Part shown: one piece after another, positions 20,454-32,600 of the stretch
How the letters are laid out: the number at the start of each line of letters is the position of its first letter
Position numbering within the stretch: the first letter of the stretch is position 1
Assembly (NCBI GenBank): GCA_963739335.1
Contig: CAVUAC010000088.1
Location: forward strand, 4,988 to 68,987
From: an uncultured Bacteroidota bacterium
Lineage (GTDB): Bacteria > Bacteroidota > Ignavibacteria > UBA10030
Direction: 5' to 3'
DNA length: 64,000 nt
Translations under genes and position numbers: made by a program
The notes under the pieces: model-generated
Told to the model about the DNA's origin: nothing
Seen by the model: the letters and a program-made list of their open reading frames with translations, nothing else
The model's database searches: none

Positions 20454-21392
20454 TCAGAAACGTATCATGATTTTCGCGGTTGGTACAAATTCGACGAAGT
20501 CCGCAGAGCGAACGGTGGGTTGGAGATGAGCCTCGATTTTCAGATTGTTGTTGAACTGCGCAGCGCTCCACGCCGCATCGAGTGCCGAGAGAAGATGGTT
20601 AGCCACCAGCAGAATCGCCCCTGTCGTCGCGACGTTATAGAAGTCATTCGCTTTCCCACGCATCTTTGAGTAATCCAGGAACCGCTGCGAAACATCGCTA
20701 TTGACAATCCTCTGCGGCGTCATCACACCGGCGTCATCCCACCCTGCAGCAAACTGCGGGTACTTGCCGATGAGTTCGTAGTACTGCTGTTCCGGTCGAT
20801 GCGGCAGTTGATGAGTGAAACCATTGCCGGCGACCTGTGCAATCAGATTCTCAACCGCGTTCAACTTGGTCCAATCGACCTGTTGCCACGGAGGGAGGTT
20901 CCCCGTCCCTGGAATGAGGTAGTCCGTGAAGCTTGCCACAGGGTTTAGCTTTGGCGCGTTGTCCTGGATCCACGTCGCATAGCGCACGACCGACCAGTGC
21001 TGGTCGGCAAAATCCTGGAACAGGTTTGTCTGATTGTTCCCCTTTTTGGTGTACGAGGCGTAGAAGACCCACAGAGCAGCTTCAGCGATCACGAAACCGC
21101 CTGCCCGCCAGTAGCTCTTGGTATAGTACTCACCAGCTCCGGGAATTGCGAGCGATAGCGCACCTGCCAACAGCGCGGATTTCTTGTTCAGCTCGTAGTC
21201 GCTCATCCGGGAGGGGACGGAATCCCTCAACGCCACCGAGCCGAGGTTCGACAGCAAGTCGAGTCGGGCATTTCCCGTCATCAAAACATGATCCGATGCG
21301 CTTCGATCCTTCGGCCCTTCCGGCTGACCGACGGCAGCATGTGCGACGAGGAGAATTCCCCCCAGCACGATCAAGGCTCGGCGACTTTCCAT
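20454..21392 (-). CDS. Hypothetical membrane/OM protein (DUF5683-like)
   Basis: KSALLAGALSLAIPGAGEYY, NHLLSALDA. Confidence 0.65.
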   Translation of the reverse strand: MESRRALIVLGGILLVAHAAVGQPEGPKDRSASDHVLMTGNARLDLLSNLGSVALRDSVPSRMSDYELNKKSALLAGALSLAIPGAGEYYTKSYWRAGGFVIAEAALWVFYASYTKKGNNQTNLFQDFADQHWSVVRYATWIQDNAPKLNPVASFTDYLIPGTGNLPPWQQVDWTKLNAVENLIAQVAGNGFTHQLPHRPEQQYYELIGKYPQFAAGWDDAGVMTPQRIVNSDVSQRFLDYSKMRGKANDFYNVATTGAILLVANHLLSALDAAWSAAQFNNNLKIEAHLQPTVRSADFVEFVPTAKIMIRF

Positions 21393-21396
21393 CCCT

Positions 21397-24300
21397 CTAC
21401 CTCGCTCTGTATGTGAGATGTTGAAACGTTTGGCTTATCGGGTTGAGCTCAAAATCGAAAAGGACACCCAGATAGAATCTCCATTCTTTTCCGTACATCA
21501 CATCCTGAGACCTGAACGTTCGAGTGAATCGGTCGAACCCGTATGCGCCCGAGAAGAAAATTCGCGTCGGGTATTGATAGAACGAGAACGCCTCGAGGCG
21601 CAGTTCGAATCCTGCATCCCGCTTCCAATCGCTGACGGACGGCGCGGGTCCAGTCCACGAATCCCCCATATCCGCAAACACCGATCCGTACAGCTTTGTG
21701 AAGTAGAACTGCAGGAATCGGAAATTGAGCGTCGTCCAAAGAGGAAAACGATAGGTCGCTCCAACGACGCCAATGTCGTTTCCCCCGAGGCCGTAGAATT
21801 GATATCCACGCATACCGGTGAACCCGCCGGCATAGGAGTCGAAGAAATCATCGACGCGCTTGCCGAGCGTGCTCGCCCCGTGCACGGAGAACGTCAAAGT
21901 GTGCTTCGGCATTGGAAGCGCCAGATGCTCGTTCCACGAGACCTCAACGCGATGGAAGCTGGGACGAAGGTAGATTGGCACCCGCATTCCATTCTTGTAC
22001 TCCGCTGAGTCAGTGGGGTTGTACTTGTCAAATTCATAGTTGTATCTCAGGGTAATCGTCCTTCCCACTGGACTAATGTCACGATCAACCGAAGGAACGA
22101 TACCATTATACGTCACCTGTGCCGAGAGCATGTTGCCAATGAGATAGAGGTAACCGGAAGCAGGAACGACATATCCATGCAGAGAATCCGTATTCACAAC
22201 GAAACTACCAAGATCCGCGTTGTACCGACTCAAAGAGTAACCAATCTTGAGCTGAGTGTAGTCATTCAGAATGTTCTGGCGAAGACTGGCATCAAACTCA
22301 AAAAGACTATAGGTAACCTCCGTCGCATACTGGCGCTCACGATCGGTAACCAAGGAGAACGACACGTCAGTCTTGCGCGAGATATTGTAGAGTTCAAGCG
22401 AAAGTGTGGGTGAAAGACCAAACTGATAGAAAATGGGAATCGGACCGCGGTATTCGAAAATCCCAAAAATGTCTCTCTCCAGTTGCCGGTTGATCACGGC
22501 CCCACCGAACAGAGAGAATCTGTCCAGCACTTCGTTCGACGAAAAGTAGAATCCCGGACGAACAATGTCAATGCCCTTGTTCCGTGGATTGTAGTTGTCG
22601 ACACGCACGACAGGGACGAGCGACAGACTCGTATATGTGTTCCGGTACGGCTTCGGGTCCGATAGATTTTGGCCACTGGCCGGTGTGTTCAAAGATGCGG
22701 CGGTCGTTGCTTCCGTCGCAGGAGTCGTCACGGATACAATGCTGCCGTTGACGCGGTCAAGTTTCTTCGTAATCCATTCGGGCGTCTCCAATTTCTCCAT
22801 GAGGGCCAAGGCTTTCGGCCCCTTCAAGTAGGCGATCTTGTATCCCGTCGAGGCGTACAACACGAACGCGAGATCTCCTTGCTCACTCACAGCCGGAAGA
22901 AAAGCGCCGCCAAGCACATTGGTGAGTTGATCCTTCGTCCCGGTCTGGAGATTCAAAGTGAAAATGTTGAAGATGCCCCCTTCAGCCGCTGTATAAATCA
23001 GAGAACCTCCGTCGGGTGAGAACACGGGATTCCTTGCATCGACCCCCCGGACGACCACCTTGAAATCAGTGCCGTCCTCATTGACAATTGCTACAGACTG
23101 TTTGTCGTCCGCTGAGTAGCCGAAGGCGATCCGCTTGCCGTCGGGAGACCATTGAGGCGTATAGACCTGCTCGCCATTCGTGAATTTCGTCACCTGACGG
23201 ACGTTCTTGCCATCTGCGTCACAGATACCGATGTTGACGGTGCCGTCACTTCCATAAGCAAAGACGAGCTTCGTCCCGTCAGACGAGAGCTTGGGATTCC
23301 ATCCGCGCAGCCCGTGCGTGAGCCGCTCTTCTCTTTCGTTCGCCACATCGTATCGATACAGGTCGTAGAGCTTTGCCCAGAATCCATTTTTGCGGCTGAT
23401 TTTCGAGTAGTAAAGATATTTCCCGTCCGGCGAGAACGAGAGGGTCGATCGCACGCGCACATCGAGCTTTGATGCAGTCTTTGTTTGAAGATCATAGAGG
23501 TACACGGAGCTCTGGCCGAAATAGTCCTGGCCTTTGTTCGACACGTACGCGATTTTCTTGCCATCCGGTGAAAACGTCGGATAGAAATTGCCGAATCCCT
23601 CCTTCTCGATAAGTTCTCCCTCAGTCCTTTGTGCGGCGATTGCGGCCCCTACTCTTTGATACTGTTCTTTCTTCGCCTCCTTCCACTGCTGGTACAATGC
23701 TTCTCCCGAGATGCCCAGGATAGCCGAAATTGCACCATCGATTGTCACGCGCGGCACGTTGCTGAGTGCTCGCGAAATCTCTTTTAGCTTCTCTGCCCCG
23801 TACTTCTCCGCGATATAGGATACGATGGAGAATCCGGCATTGTAGGAGGACTCATTCCCGAGGCTTGTTTTCCCGAAGACCGCCATCTCCTCCCAGGAGA
23901 GCGGATTTCCTTCGAGCATGTACATCCGCAAGATCATGTCCCGATGAGAATCCCAGTAGTCGTAGGTGAACGTCGGATGATTGTATTGCGCGACGCCTTC
24001 CGCGAACCAAGTTGGCACGACAAACGCCGAGAGAGGATACGAGACGATGACATTGGGATAACCGTAGAGCACGTCAGTCCGGCGCTCAGCTTCGTACCCC
24101 AACCACTGGAGATACACAGCTGGGAATGTCCGGCCTAATTTCATCGCGGTCTGAATCTGCACGATATGCGTGAATTCATGAGACACGACGTCCTTCAGCC
24201 AGGGATGCGTTCCGCGGAGCTCGAAGTCAAGCGCGGGAGCCCAGAGCTCGATTTTGTTATCATAGAAATATGCGGCCCCGTTCGAGTAGTCATCGTGGTC

Positions 24301-24549
24301 GCGGATCACCAAGCTCACCTTTCCATCAGGCTCGTGCTGATACAATTGGGTGATGGGACCATAGATTTCCTCAGCAATTGTGGCAATCTCACGCGCAGTA
24401 CGGCTCTCTCCAGTATGGAAATGGACCAGGAAATGAGGTGTCTCAATCGTTTGCCATGAGAGGTCCGGACGCGGGAAATCGTCATCCTGCCCAAGGAGAA
24501 GACCAGTGCCAAGAACAGCGAGGAATATGACCCGAGAAAGGATTCTCAC
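21397..24549 (-). CDS. Multidomain OM protein: HEXXH peptidase-like domain + PD40/TolB beta-propeller + BamA-like barrel
   Basis: WQTIETPHF, HEFTH..WFAEGVA, repeated P.FSPDGK, C-terminal MRGY and D.G barrel motifs. Confidence 0.8.
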   Translation of the reverse strand: MRILSRVIFLAVLGTGLLLGQDDDFPRPDLSWQTIETPHFLVHFHTGESRTAREIATIAEEIYGPITQLYQHEPDGKVSLVIRDHDDYSNGAAYFYDNKIELWAPALDFELRGTHPWLKDVVSHEFTHIVQIQTAMKLGRTFPAVYLQWLGYEAERRTDVLYGYPNVIVSYPLSAFVVPTWFAEGVAQYNHPTFTYDYWDSHRDMILRMYMLEGNPLSWEEMAVFGKTSLGNESSYNAGFSIVSYIAEKYGAEKLKEISRALSNVPRVTIDGAISAILGISGEALYQQWKEAKKEQYQRVGAAIAAQRTEGELIEKEGFGNFYPTFSPDGKKIAYVSNKGQDYFGQSSVYLYDLQTKTASKLDVRVRSTLSFSPDGKYLYYSKISRKNGFWAKLYDLYRYDVANEREERLTHGLRGWNPKLSSDGTKLVFAYGSDGTVNIGICDADGKNVRQVTKFTNGEQVYTPQWSPDGKRIAFGYSADDKQSVAIVNEDGTDFKVVVRGVDARNPVFSPDGGSLIYTAAEGGIFNIFTLNLQTGTKDQLTNVLGGAFLPAVSEQGDLAFVLYASTGYKIAYLKGPKALALMEKLETPEWITKKLDRVNGSIVSVTTPATEATTAASLNTPASGQNLSDPKPYRNTYTSLSLVPVVRVDNYNPRNKGIDIVRPGFYFSSNEVLDRFSLFGGAVINRQLERDIFGIFEYRGPIPIFYQFGLSPTLSLELYNISRKTDVSFSLVTDRERQYATEVTYSLFEFDASLRQNILNDYTQLKIGYSLSRYNADLGSFVVNTDSLHGYVVPASGYLYLIGNMLSAQVTYNGIVPSVDRDISPVGRTITLRYNYEFDKYNPTDSAEYKNGMRVPIYLRPSFHRVEVSWNEHLALPMPKHTLTFSVHGASTLGKRVDDFFDSYAGGFTGMRGYQFYGLGGNDIGVVGATYRFPLWTTLNFRFLQFYFTKLYGSVFADMGDSWTGPAPSVSDWKRDAGFELRLEAFSFYQYPTRIFFSGAYGFDRFTRTFRSQDVMYGKEWRFYLGVLFDFELNPISQTFQHLTYRAR

Positions 24550-24558
24550 CGTCGACCT

Positions 24559-25227
24559 TCAAATCCTGAAGTCAAATCGTGTAACCTGATCCTTGATTAG
24601 AGTCATTGCCGCTGAACGGTGGACGTCCAGATACAGTTCCAGGACAACAAATGACGAGACAACATAGTTGCCGAGGAACGTCGTACCCTCATCATCATAC
24701 AGAGGGACGGGAGAGAAACCGATGGGCAAAAGCTCGTTGGGAATGCTATAGTGTCCGAGGGAATCCGTGCTGGTCGTCACCACTCCGTTTACCACGACCA
24801 GGTACGAACCTTTCGATACGCCCGCTACGCTGAAGTCAACTGTATAGATGCCCGTCGGGACCGGTTTGCCGAGGGAATCTCTTTTGTCCCAATTCAACTG
24901 AAGGTGTCCGAACCATCTACGGGCGTCGAACAGAATGCGTAGCGTTCTCTTGCTTTGGTCGAGCACCTGAACGCGAACGGGCTTCGTCGAATCATCAACG
25001 AAGAACTCCCGGGGCGGAGCCGGACTCATGTCGATGTAGTCAAACTCGTACCACAGTGCGATGGGAATACCCTTGAGCGGAATTCCAAGGCGGTCCGTAA
25101 TGTACCCCTCGAGGCGGTACCCGCTTATCGGCTCATCGGGAGGCGTGGAGTACGGCAGATCTCGTTCACACCCCACTCCAGTGCCAAGAACTGCAATGAA
25201 CACAAACCACAGGGGGAGCGTCTTCAA
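24559..25227 (-). CDS. Lipoprotein with FlgD-like Ig segment
   Basis: Lipobox GVGC, WDKRDSLGKPVPTGIY. Confidence 0.65.
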   Translation of the reverse strand: MKTLPLWFVFIAVLGTGVGCERDLPYSTPPDEPISGYRLEGYITDRLGIPLKGIPIALWYEFDYIDMSPAPPREFFVDDSTKPVRVQVLDQSKRTLRILFDARRWFGHLQLNWDKRDSLGKPVPTGIYTVDFSVAGVSKGSYLVVVNGVVTTSTDSLGHYSIPNELLPIGFSPVPLYDDEGTTFLGNYVVSSFVVLELYLDVHRSAAMTLIKDQVTRFDFRI

Positions 25228-25238
25228 GAATCATTTCC

Positions 25239-28200
25239 TTACTTGACAACTGCGATCTTGACAATGGCAACTTCACTCCGGCTGCTGCCGGCGGCCTCGA
25301 TGCGCGCCAGGTAGACACCACTCTGGACAGACGACACGTCCCATGTCACTTCACCGTCGAGCCCTCCTTTCGACATCGTCTTGAGCTCAGCGATCTTCGT
25401 GCCAGCGAGGTCGAAAATCTTGATTGAAATCGAAGCATCCTCCGGTGTGTAGTACCGGATCTGCGTGCTTGAACCGTACACCGGGTTGGGCCAGTTGTAA
25501 ACCCGGGATTGCGGCAAGAACTCGGTTGGCGGTGGAGAGGCAGGACCCGCTGTCGCGTCGAAATTCGAGTGACGAGCATCCTTCAAGTACTGGGACCACA
25601 CAACGCTTTGCGTGCTATAAGGCTTGTTGATCTCCACAGCCTGCAATGATCCCGTGCTCGTTACGCCGACAATGCCAACGTACCCTCCCGAGCTCTGAAA
25701 CATCGCGAGCGATGCTCCACCGCTCGATGCAACCTGCACCGGGAATCCATCAATGAGGTGCGTATCCCTGTCGTACGCCGCGACCTCACCAGAGACAAGG
25801 CTGAGGATCAGCTCGGGAACACCATCGCCATTGACGTCGCCGATTAACGGACCGCCAACGAATCCGTCGCCATTAGGCGCGGAAAGCGGGTACCCTGCTA
25901 TCATCGCACCTGCCCGATTCATCGCATAGACACGATCTCCAGTGATAACGACGACATCTTTTTCACCATCTCCATCGAGATCAACGATCGCAATCGAAGC
26001 AATAGCACCCTGGTTAACGGAAACATCGAAGAGCTTTTGGCTCAGATCGCGAGTGAACGCTGCAACCCGCTGACCGCCGAGCTGAGCAGCGGCGACGTAG
26101 TTGCCCGACCTGCTCACCGCACCGGCGATGATCCATGGAAAAGACGAATCACCAAGGGCAACCGAACTCTGTTCACCATAGAGTCGACCCCCGCAGGCGA
26201 AGAACATCTCAGCTGGCTTCGAAAGCGAGGGCAGTGGCAGCTGTGTCAGTGAAGACACCGGGCTCGAAGAGACAACGCGTTTTGGCTGGGGCACCCCCGT
26301 GTAGGAGAATGACCACACGGTACCGTGTCCGCTGCCGACAACGATGGAAGGGCTGATCCCGAGATCCGCAAACATGGCCGGGGTTGTGACACGATCTCCA
26401 AGCGGGATCGTGATGCTCTGAACGCTGTCGACGACCCCGTCGGCATTCTTGTCGGTGGTAGTCAGGACAAATACAGAACTATCCTGCCCACCCGCGATGA
26501 GAAGGCCCGTGCCAAAGTTTGTCGCCGCCAGGGCGAAAGCCCCACCTTTGGGTGCAAGCAAACCCGAAGGATCCTGCGTATTGCTGCTGCCATCGGGCCT
26601 CCATGCGTATACCTTGCCGTCAATCCCAAGCAAAACACCTCCAGCAAAAGCGCTCGGCGTCGTCGCAGCGGTTTTCACGGATATCGACCGCTCGAATCCC
26701 TGTAGCCGGCGAATCTGGGCACTACCAATTTCGACCGTAGCTGTCATGCGCGGAGATCGCCTGGCAAACCCGCGGATCGTCACAAGACTCAAGGCTCCGG
26801 TGTAGCTCCGGCTGTTCGGATGCGAATCTTTGTCAAAAACATTCTTGTAGAAATTGATCGTATCCTTGTCGACGATGTAGTTCACTGTGTTTCCATCGAA
26901 CCAGAAATCAAGCGGCCAGCCGAATTCAGTGCCTGCCCCGGGATCGGTGTAGGGGTTATACGATCGGCCGATGTCTTGCGAACCGTCTGCCTCTTCGAGG
27001 GATACGCCTCGATGTGACGGATCTGCATTCACGGAGTTGTCGACCAGTCCTCGAGTTATTACGTCTTCGTCGATGTGCCAAACCAATATCCCACCTCCGA
27101 CGTATGCATCCGGCCCTCCGGTGAAGCCTGGAAGAGCCCAATCAAAATCCTCGACATCGATAACAGAGCCGACAATGGAGGATACATCATCACTGCTGAA
27201 TCCGGTTGTATCTCCCTGGAAGTAACGCGTGATGATCGATTTGCCCTGGCGTATGGTCAGGCGTTGTCCGTTCCGGTAAGGGTCGCGACTTCGGTTTTCG
27301 ATGAGGAAATACTCACGATCGCTGATAGGAATCTTGTACACGGTGTCCCTTCCGGTCTTCAAACCGACCGCTGGAAGGGATATTGTCGAAGTCCCCGGCC
27401 CGATCGTTATCGGTGTTACCCAGCCCAAGTAGACCTTTTCCCATGCCGAAGGTTCGGGAGGGAAAAGACCCCTGTAGAAATTGATGCTTCCCGCGACATC
27501 CATCAAGCCAAAGTCACCGATTCCCGACGTGCCCGTCTTCGTATTGAACAAGTCGGGCAACCCAAGATAACTGCCAAACGAGTTAGCCAGCAATCCATTG
27601 ATGCTCCCCTGCAGCGTGTCGATAGCAGTGCCAGATTGCAGTGGTCGCGTTTCGGTCTCTGGCAGCAGCATCGTGTTGGTGATACGGAATGCACCTTTGC
27701 TGACCGGGATCCCGGCATAGGACGGGTCGCTCAAGTAATTGCGAAACGTCTGAAGGTTGAATGTCAGGGATGGAATATCGAACGGTGTTGGATCATAGCC
27801 AAGCAATGATACGAGATCGATGTCTCGCCCAACCCCGGCATGGAAAATCATGAACGCGTCGGTACTGACTGAATTGAAGAGAGGGGTAGAGCGAGTCCGC
27901 CTTGCGCCAGCTTTCCACGATGAGGTTGGCAAGTGGCCGGTTGTTGCTTCCGTCCTTAGCAGGAGAGTACAGATGCATCGGGTCCGAGAGCGTGATCACC
28001 CGCCCAAAAACTTCCCCTTTGATGTTGAGTTGGCCGTTCGAGACCTTGCGGAAGTAGTTCGAAAGGAAGAGCAGCTTGTCGGCGAAGTACGCGGAATCGT
28101 GCGGCGGCGGATCAATGACGTTCTGCGAAGCCATCGGATCGATCTGGAAGCGTCCGTTGCCTGTCGTCTGGCCGTTGGTGTTCGTTTGAAAATCGATCAT

Positions 28201-28392
28201 CAGCGCCAGCACCCTTACGGTGTCCCGGCTTCCAAGCTGCGCGACCTGCGTCTTTGAATGCGAATGGTCGAGTCCAGCCCGCTCCAGAGCCAGCGGCACG
28301 CTTGCCGCTTTCAGAGGCTGCGTTGGGCGGACCTGTGCGGTTGCTGCTGTGGTACAAACGACGAGCCAAACAGCGAGGCTGCGCGCTGACAT
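25239..28392 (-). CDS. T9SS cargo: M6 (immune inhibitor A)-like domain + FG-GAP repeats + type A CTD; frameshift near 27861
   Basis: VLALMIDF, IFHAG, LGLPDL, FGLMD, AWEKVYLGW, EYFLIENR, GILVWHIDE, DLDGDG/DVNGDG, C-terminal PNP..SGVYLA. Confidence 0.8.
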
Positions 28393-28463
28393 AGATCTCC
28401 AGGTTGCTCGATGAGAAAGTACACAATAATCAGGCCCGACGCGTCGGGCGCCAATGTGCATCC

Positions 28464-29571
28464 TTACGATATACCTCCCCATGAAATGAGCAACGTGAAC
28501 CGCAGCGTATCGCCAAGAGGATGTTGTGCTTCGGAGGTGCTAATGTAGCTGAAATCGAATCCAAAGATGTTGTAGCGGAGCCCCGCACCGAACGTCATGA
28601 ACTTGCGATTCCCGTACTCAGGATCTTCGTAGAAAAAGCCCGCGCGGAGCGCGACCCAATCGCCGTACCAGGTACTCAATGCCGAAGCTCGAGTCAAACT
28701 CGCGCAGCTCTTCACGAAAAGGCTTGTCCGTCCACGACGTAAAGAGGGCTTTGTAGAACGGATCGCTTTTGCCGTCGGGGAATTTCCGGACGAGAAGTTT
28801 GGTGACATCAACGATCGCGGTCAGTTTGTTGTATTCGTCATTGAGGATCTTATAGCCGATGCCAAGCCGGAGATCGGTGGGCAGAGGATCCGCCTGGGCT
28901 CTGTCGATATAGCTGATCGCAGGGCCCAGATTCGAGAGGTTGAAACCCGCGGTGAAATGTCCGCCGATGTCGAGACCTGTGAGCGGTATGACCAGCGTCT
29001 TGGGCTTGTAGAGCATACCGACATCAAAAGAAAACCCGGACGCAATCCCCCGTCCCTGCTCTTCGGCGGTGCCGAAGGGTGCTAGTCGGCTATGGATGAA
29101 CCGACCGTTGACGCCCAGACCGAGCTCTTCGGAGATCTTGGTCGAGTATCCAGCCGTGATGCCGAATTCGTATGCGTTGAACGTCTCTAACGGTGTTGGA
29201 TCATTCTCTGTGCGCGTGAAGGACCCGAGATTCAAAAATGTGATGCTCGCTGCGACCGTGCCGTCGAGCTCCGGCATGCTTCGCCGGTAGACGAGGTAAT
29301 CGATGAACAGGTCGGAGAGATTGAACGCCGGTAACCAGTTCGCATGGGAAATGCTGATTTCTTGTCCCTGCTGAAATGCCAGCCCGCCCGGATTCCAGTA
29401 GAGCGCCGAAGCATCATCAGCGAGCGCGGCTCCAGCTTCACCCATGGCACCGGCGCGCGAATTCGGCGCGATCAGCAGAAAGGGGACTGCTGACGTTGAG
29501 ACTTGGGCATTCATCATCTGGGTGCCTGCAACCACGAGCACGACCGCTAACCCAAAGAGTTTCTTCACCAT
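28464..29571 (-). CDS. porV: T9SS outer membrane shuttle PorV; frameshift near 28671
   Basis: AVPFLLIAPNSRAGAMGE, WNPGGLAF, NLGP.ISY..ADPLPT.LRLG, EY|WY..ALRAGFFYE, HPLGDTLRFTL. Confidence 0.9.
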
Positions 29572-29625
29572 GACTCACATCCTCCTAAAAATGGAATCTT
29601 CTCACACACAAGACCCTGAATGGTT

Positions 29626-29654
29626 AAATTAGTCGATTTTCGAATTACTTTCAA
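29626..29654 (-). promoter_or_regulatory. Internal promoter for porV and downstream genes
   Basis: TTGAAA-N17-TAATTT on minus strand; AGGAGG RBS before porV. Confidence 0.5.
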
Positions 29655-29682
29655 CTATGTCAAAACCCATAATTCCGTCTCA

Positions 29683-32600
29683 CTAACGCACCACTGCAAG
29701 TTTTCCCAGGGCCTCGCTTGTTGATGTTTTGTCGAGCGATTTCGCAATAACACGATACAGATAGACCCCGTTCGCAATCTCGTTACCATCACGATCCCGA
29801 CCGTCCCATGGAATCTGGACGAACCGGTCAACCACGGACGATGTTTCGATCACCTGAATCAACCTTCCCGCCACCGTGTACACTTTGACTTCGACATCAA
29901 TGGGATCCGTCGTGCTGCGCTGGAATGTAAACGTTGTTGCGCGGACAAAAGGATTCGGGACGTTGAACACGTTGTAGATCGCGAGCTGTGACGTCGAACG
30001 CACCTCGAAGTATGTCTGCGCGGTGGAAGCGTTATTGTAGATGTCCCACGTTTTGACAGCAATCGTGTGCCGGCCCTCCGCGAGACCGCTGAACTGATAC
30101 TGCACCTGTCCACTTTGGTATGTGTCCAGGTTGCCGCGATAGAAATTCGTCAGATCAATCGCGCGCGGTGACGAATCAAGCGTCGCTTCAAGCTTATGGC
30201 CGATCCCTGCTGTCGACGTGTTGATGCCACTGCTGTCGGCAAGATCAACAATCAGTGTAGCATCCGGACCGACAATATCGCCAGGGCGGAACGACTGATC
30301 TTCGAAATAGACGTGGATACTGGGTCCAACAGTGTCGACGGCCGCCACACTCGTGCCTTTGATAGCAATGTTCTCGGTGTACCCTGTCGCATCCGTTGAG
30401 TCACTCCACGCGTAGAAATCGATTCTCGAGCGATTATCGCCGTACGAGACGTCTTTGGGGATAGGAAAAATCCCTTGCACGCCGCCATTGCGCATGGACA
30501 CCTCGCCTCTATAAATGAGGCTCCCGTTCACCTCGAAGGAGTAGTCGCCCCATTCCGGCACCAGCACTTTTCTTTTCGCATCGAATACTTCCAACAACGC
30601 CTTTCCTTGAAGCGTGCTCTGCGTCTTTCCATCCGGCCTGACGACGCTGCCATTCACCTTCACGCGGCTGAGAGCGCCGATTGTGACCAGCGTTGAGACA
30701 GCCTGTCCATTTACGCTGTCGATGGAAACACGTGCGCGCGGAAACGCCAGACGCAACGTCGGGTCGCCAAGGAGATGGTGCTTCATGTCATTGATGCTGT
30801 TCAACTCCTGCTTCGTCTGCCACATTGCATCGCCCAATCGAACGGGCTTCCCCTGGGCATCTGTGCGCATCAAGTACGTGTAAAGAGTGTTGTTCAGTAT
30901 TGCGTTGTCACCAGAATAGACGATACGGTCGGCCGTTACTTCAGCGATCGCCCCGCGCTCCGGCATCAGAATGAGCTGCTCGCCGGCACTTATCTCCAAC
31001 GGGTAGTCGTAGCGTGCAAAGTCGCAGGTTGCAGCAACGCAAAAGAAAAGTCTCCCTTTGTTGTTGATCAACTGAAAATCCTGGTCTACGGCGAAGACTT
31101 TTTCATGGGCCCACTGTATGGTGTTTCCGTGACCCGTGTAGTTGAGAATGACCGTACCATGGTTGATCGCTTCCACGATTGCCTGGTTCACCGTTGGCTT
31201 TGTACGGCCTGTCGATGTGTTCACCGTCGGGTACATCACAATGAAGATCTTGTCTTTTGTAAAGCTGTCCGGGGTATGCTGCTGCGCCAGTGTTTCAGAT
31301 TGGTCCGTGTGAATCGACCCGTCATCGCCGCTGGTCGTGAGACCGTCATCAGCAACGAATGTGATACGATTGCGCCACGAATCATAGGGCGCAGTTGTTT
31401 CGTATGCAACAATCTTGTCAACAACCGCCTGTGCCTGCTGCAGCGAGCGCACCGGCAGGCGGCCGATGGCCATCGATATGCGCTGCGCACTTGAGTCCAG
31501 GAAGACGAAATAGTCGTCGCTGGCAAGCGTTTCAACTTGCATATTCGATTCAAGACTCTCGTAGGGCGGCACCCAATTCTTTTCCGTTGTTTTGATATTC
31601 TTGTAGTCGAAATTCCCGGCTCCAAACAAGAGAACGTACTGCGGCTTGATCGTCCATCTCGTTTGAGCGAATTTCAGAAAATCGCGAATCGCGACAGGGT
31701 CGGGCATCCCGGATGAGAATTCGTTGAACACCTGATCGAGATTGACCACCGTTGTGGACAATTGATCATGGCTCTGCCGATGGGCCTGGAGTCGCTGCGC
31801 TTCGCTCAGAAAATCCGGCGGAGAGATAATCACAAAGTTAGCTCCACCCATGGTGCCATGAAGATTTGAATTCGAAATCTTTTTGACGTTCGAGGGAGTT
31901 TTGAATCCATTCGGACCAACAGCCGCAAATGATCGCACTGAGCCACCCGTTTGCGCCACTTGAAACCGCACCATCGAGGCATCCACCTGATCAAACGCGA
32001 GGTCGGTAATCTGCTTGACACTCGTGTCCTGACTCACTTCGAATGCATAGACGTCATGCGAGGAGAATTTCGAGACAGCATATTCGATGGTTGCCGTAGT
32101 ATCCGGAGATGTGAACAATAGTGAGTCATTGCTGACTTCAAACCGTCTGGAATAAAGTATCTCAAACCAGTCAAGCCATCCCTGGGCTGCGTCATTATTG
32201 GTCACGAATTGCAGTCGAAGAACACTCCGATCGCTCGGCAACGCTCCCACTCGGCTGTACTGAACTACGGGGGACTGGTAGGCCTTCTCAAACTCGATCG
32301 AAGAAACATCGATGTAGTTCATGGGAACCGGGTCACCGAGAAGCTGGCCGTTTTCCTGCACTTTAAACGAATCGATTGTCGCTGAACTAGTCAAGAACGT
32401 AAACCGGTACACCACCGGCTTGGTCGACACAACGCCAAGCAAAGTGTTGGTGAAGACATTCACGTTGCGCGTCATGTCAAACGACTCCCCCACCCACTGA
32501 CGTCCTGAGTTCACCAGATTGTACAGCTTCATGCTCAACGAATATCTTTTCCTGAAAATGCGTTGGTTTGTACGCGTTGGCGATGCTTGTCGACTGCAAC

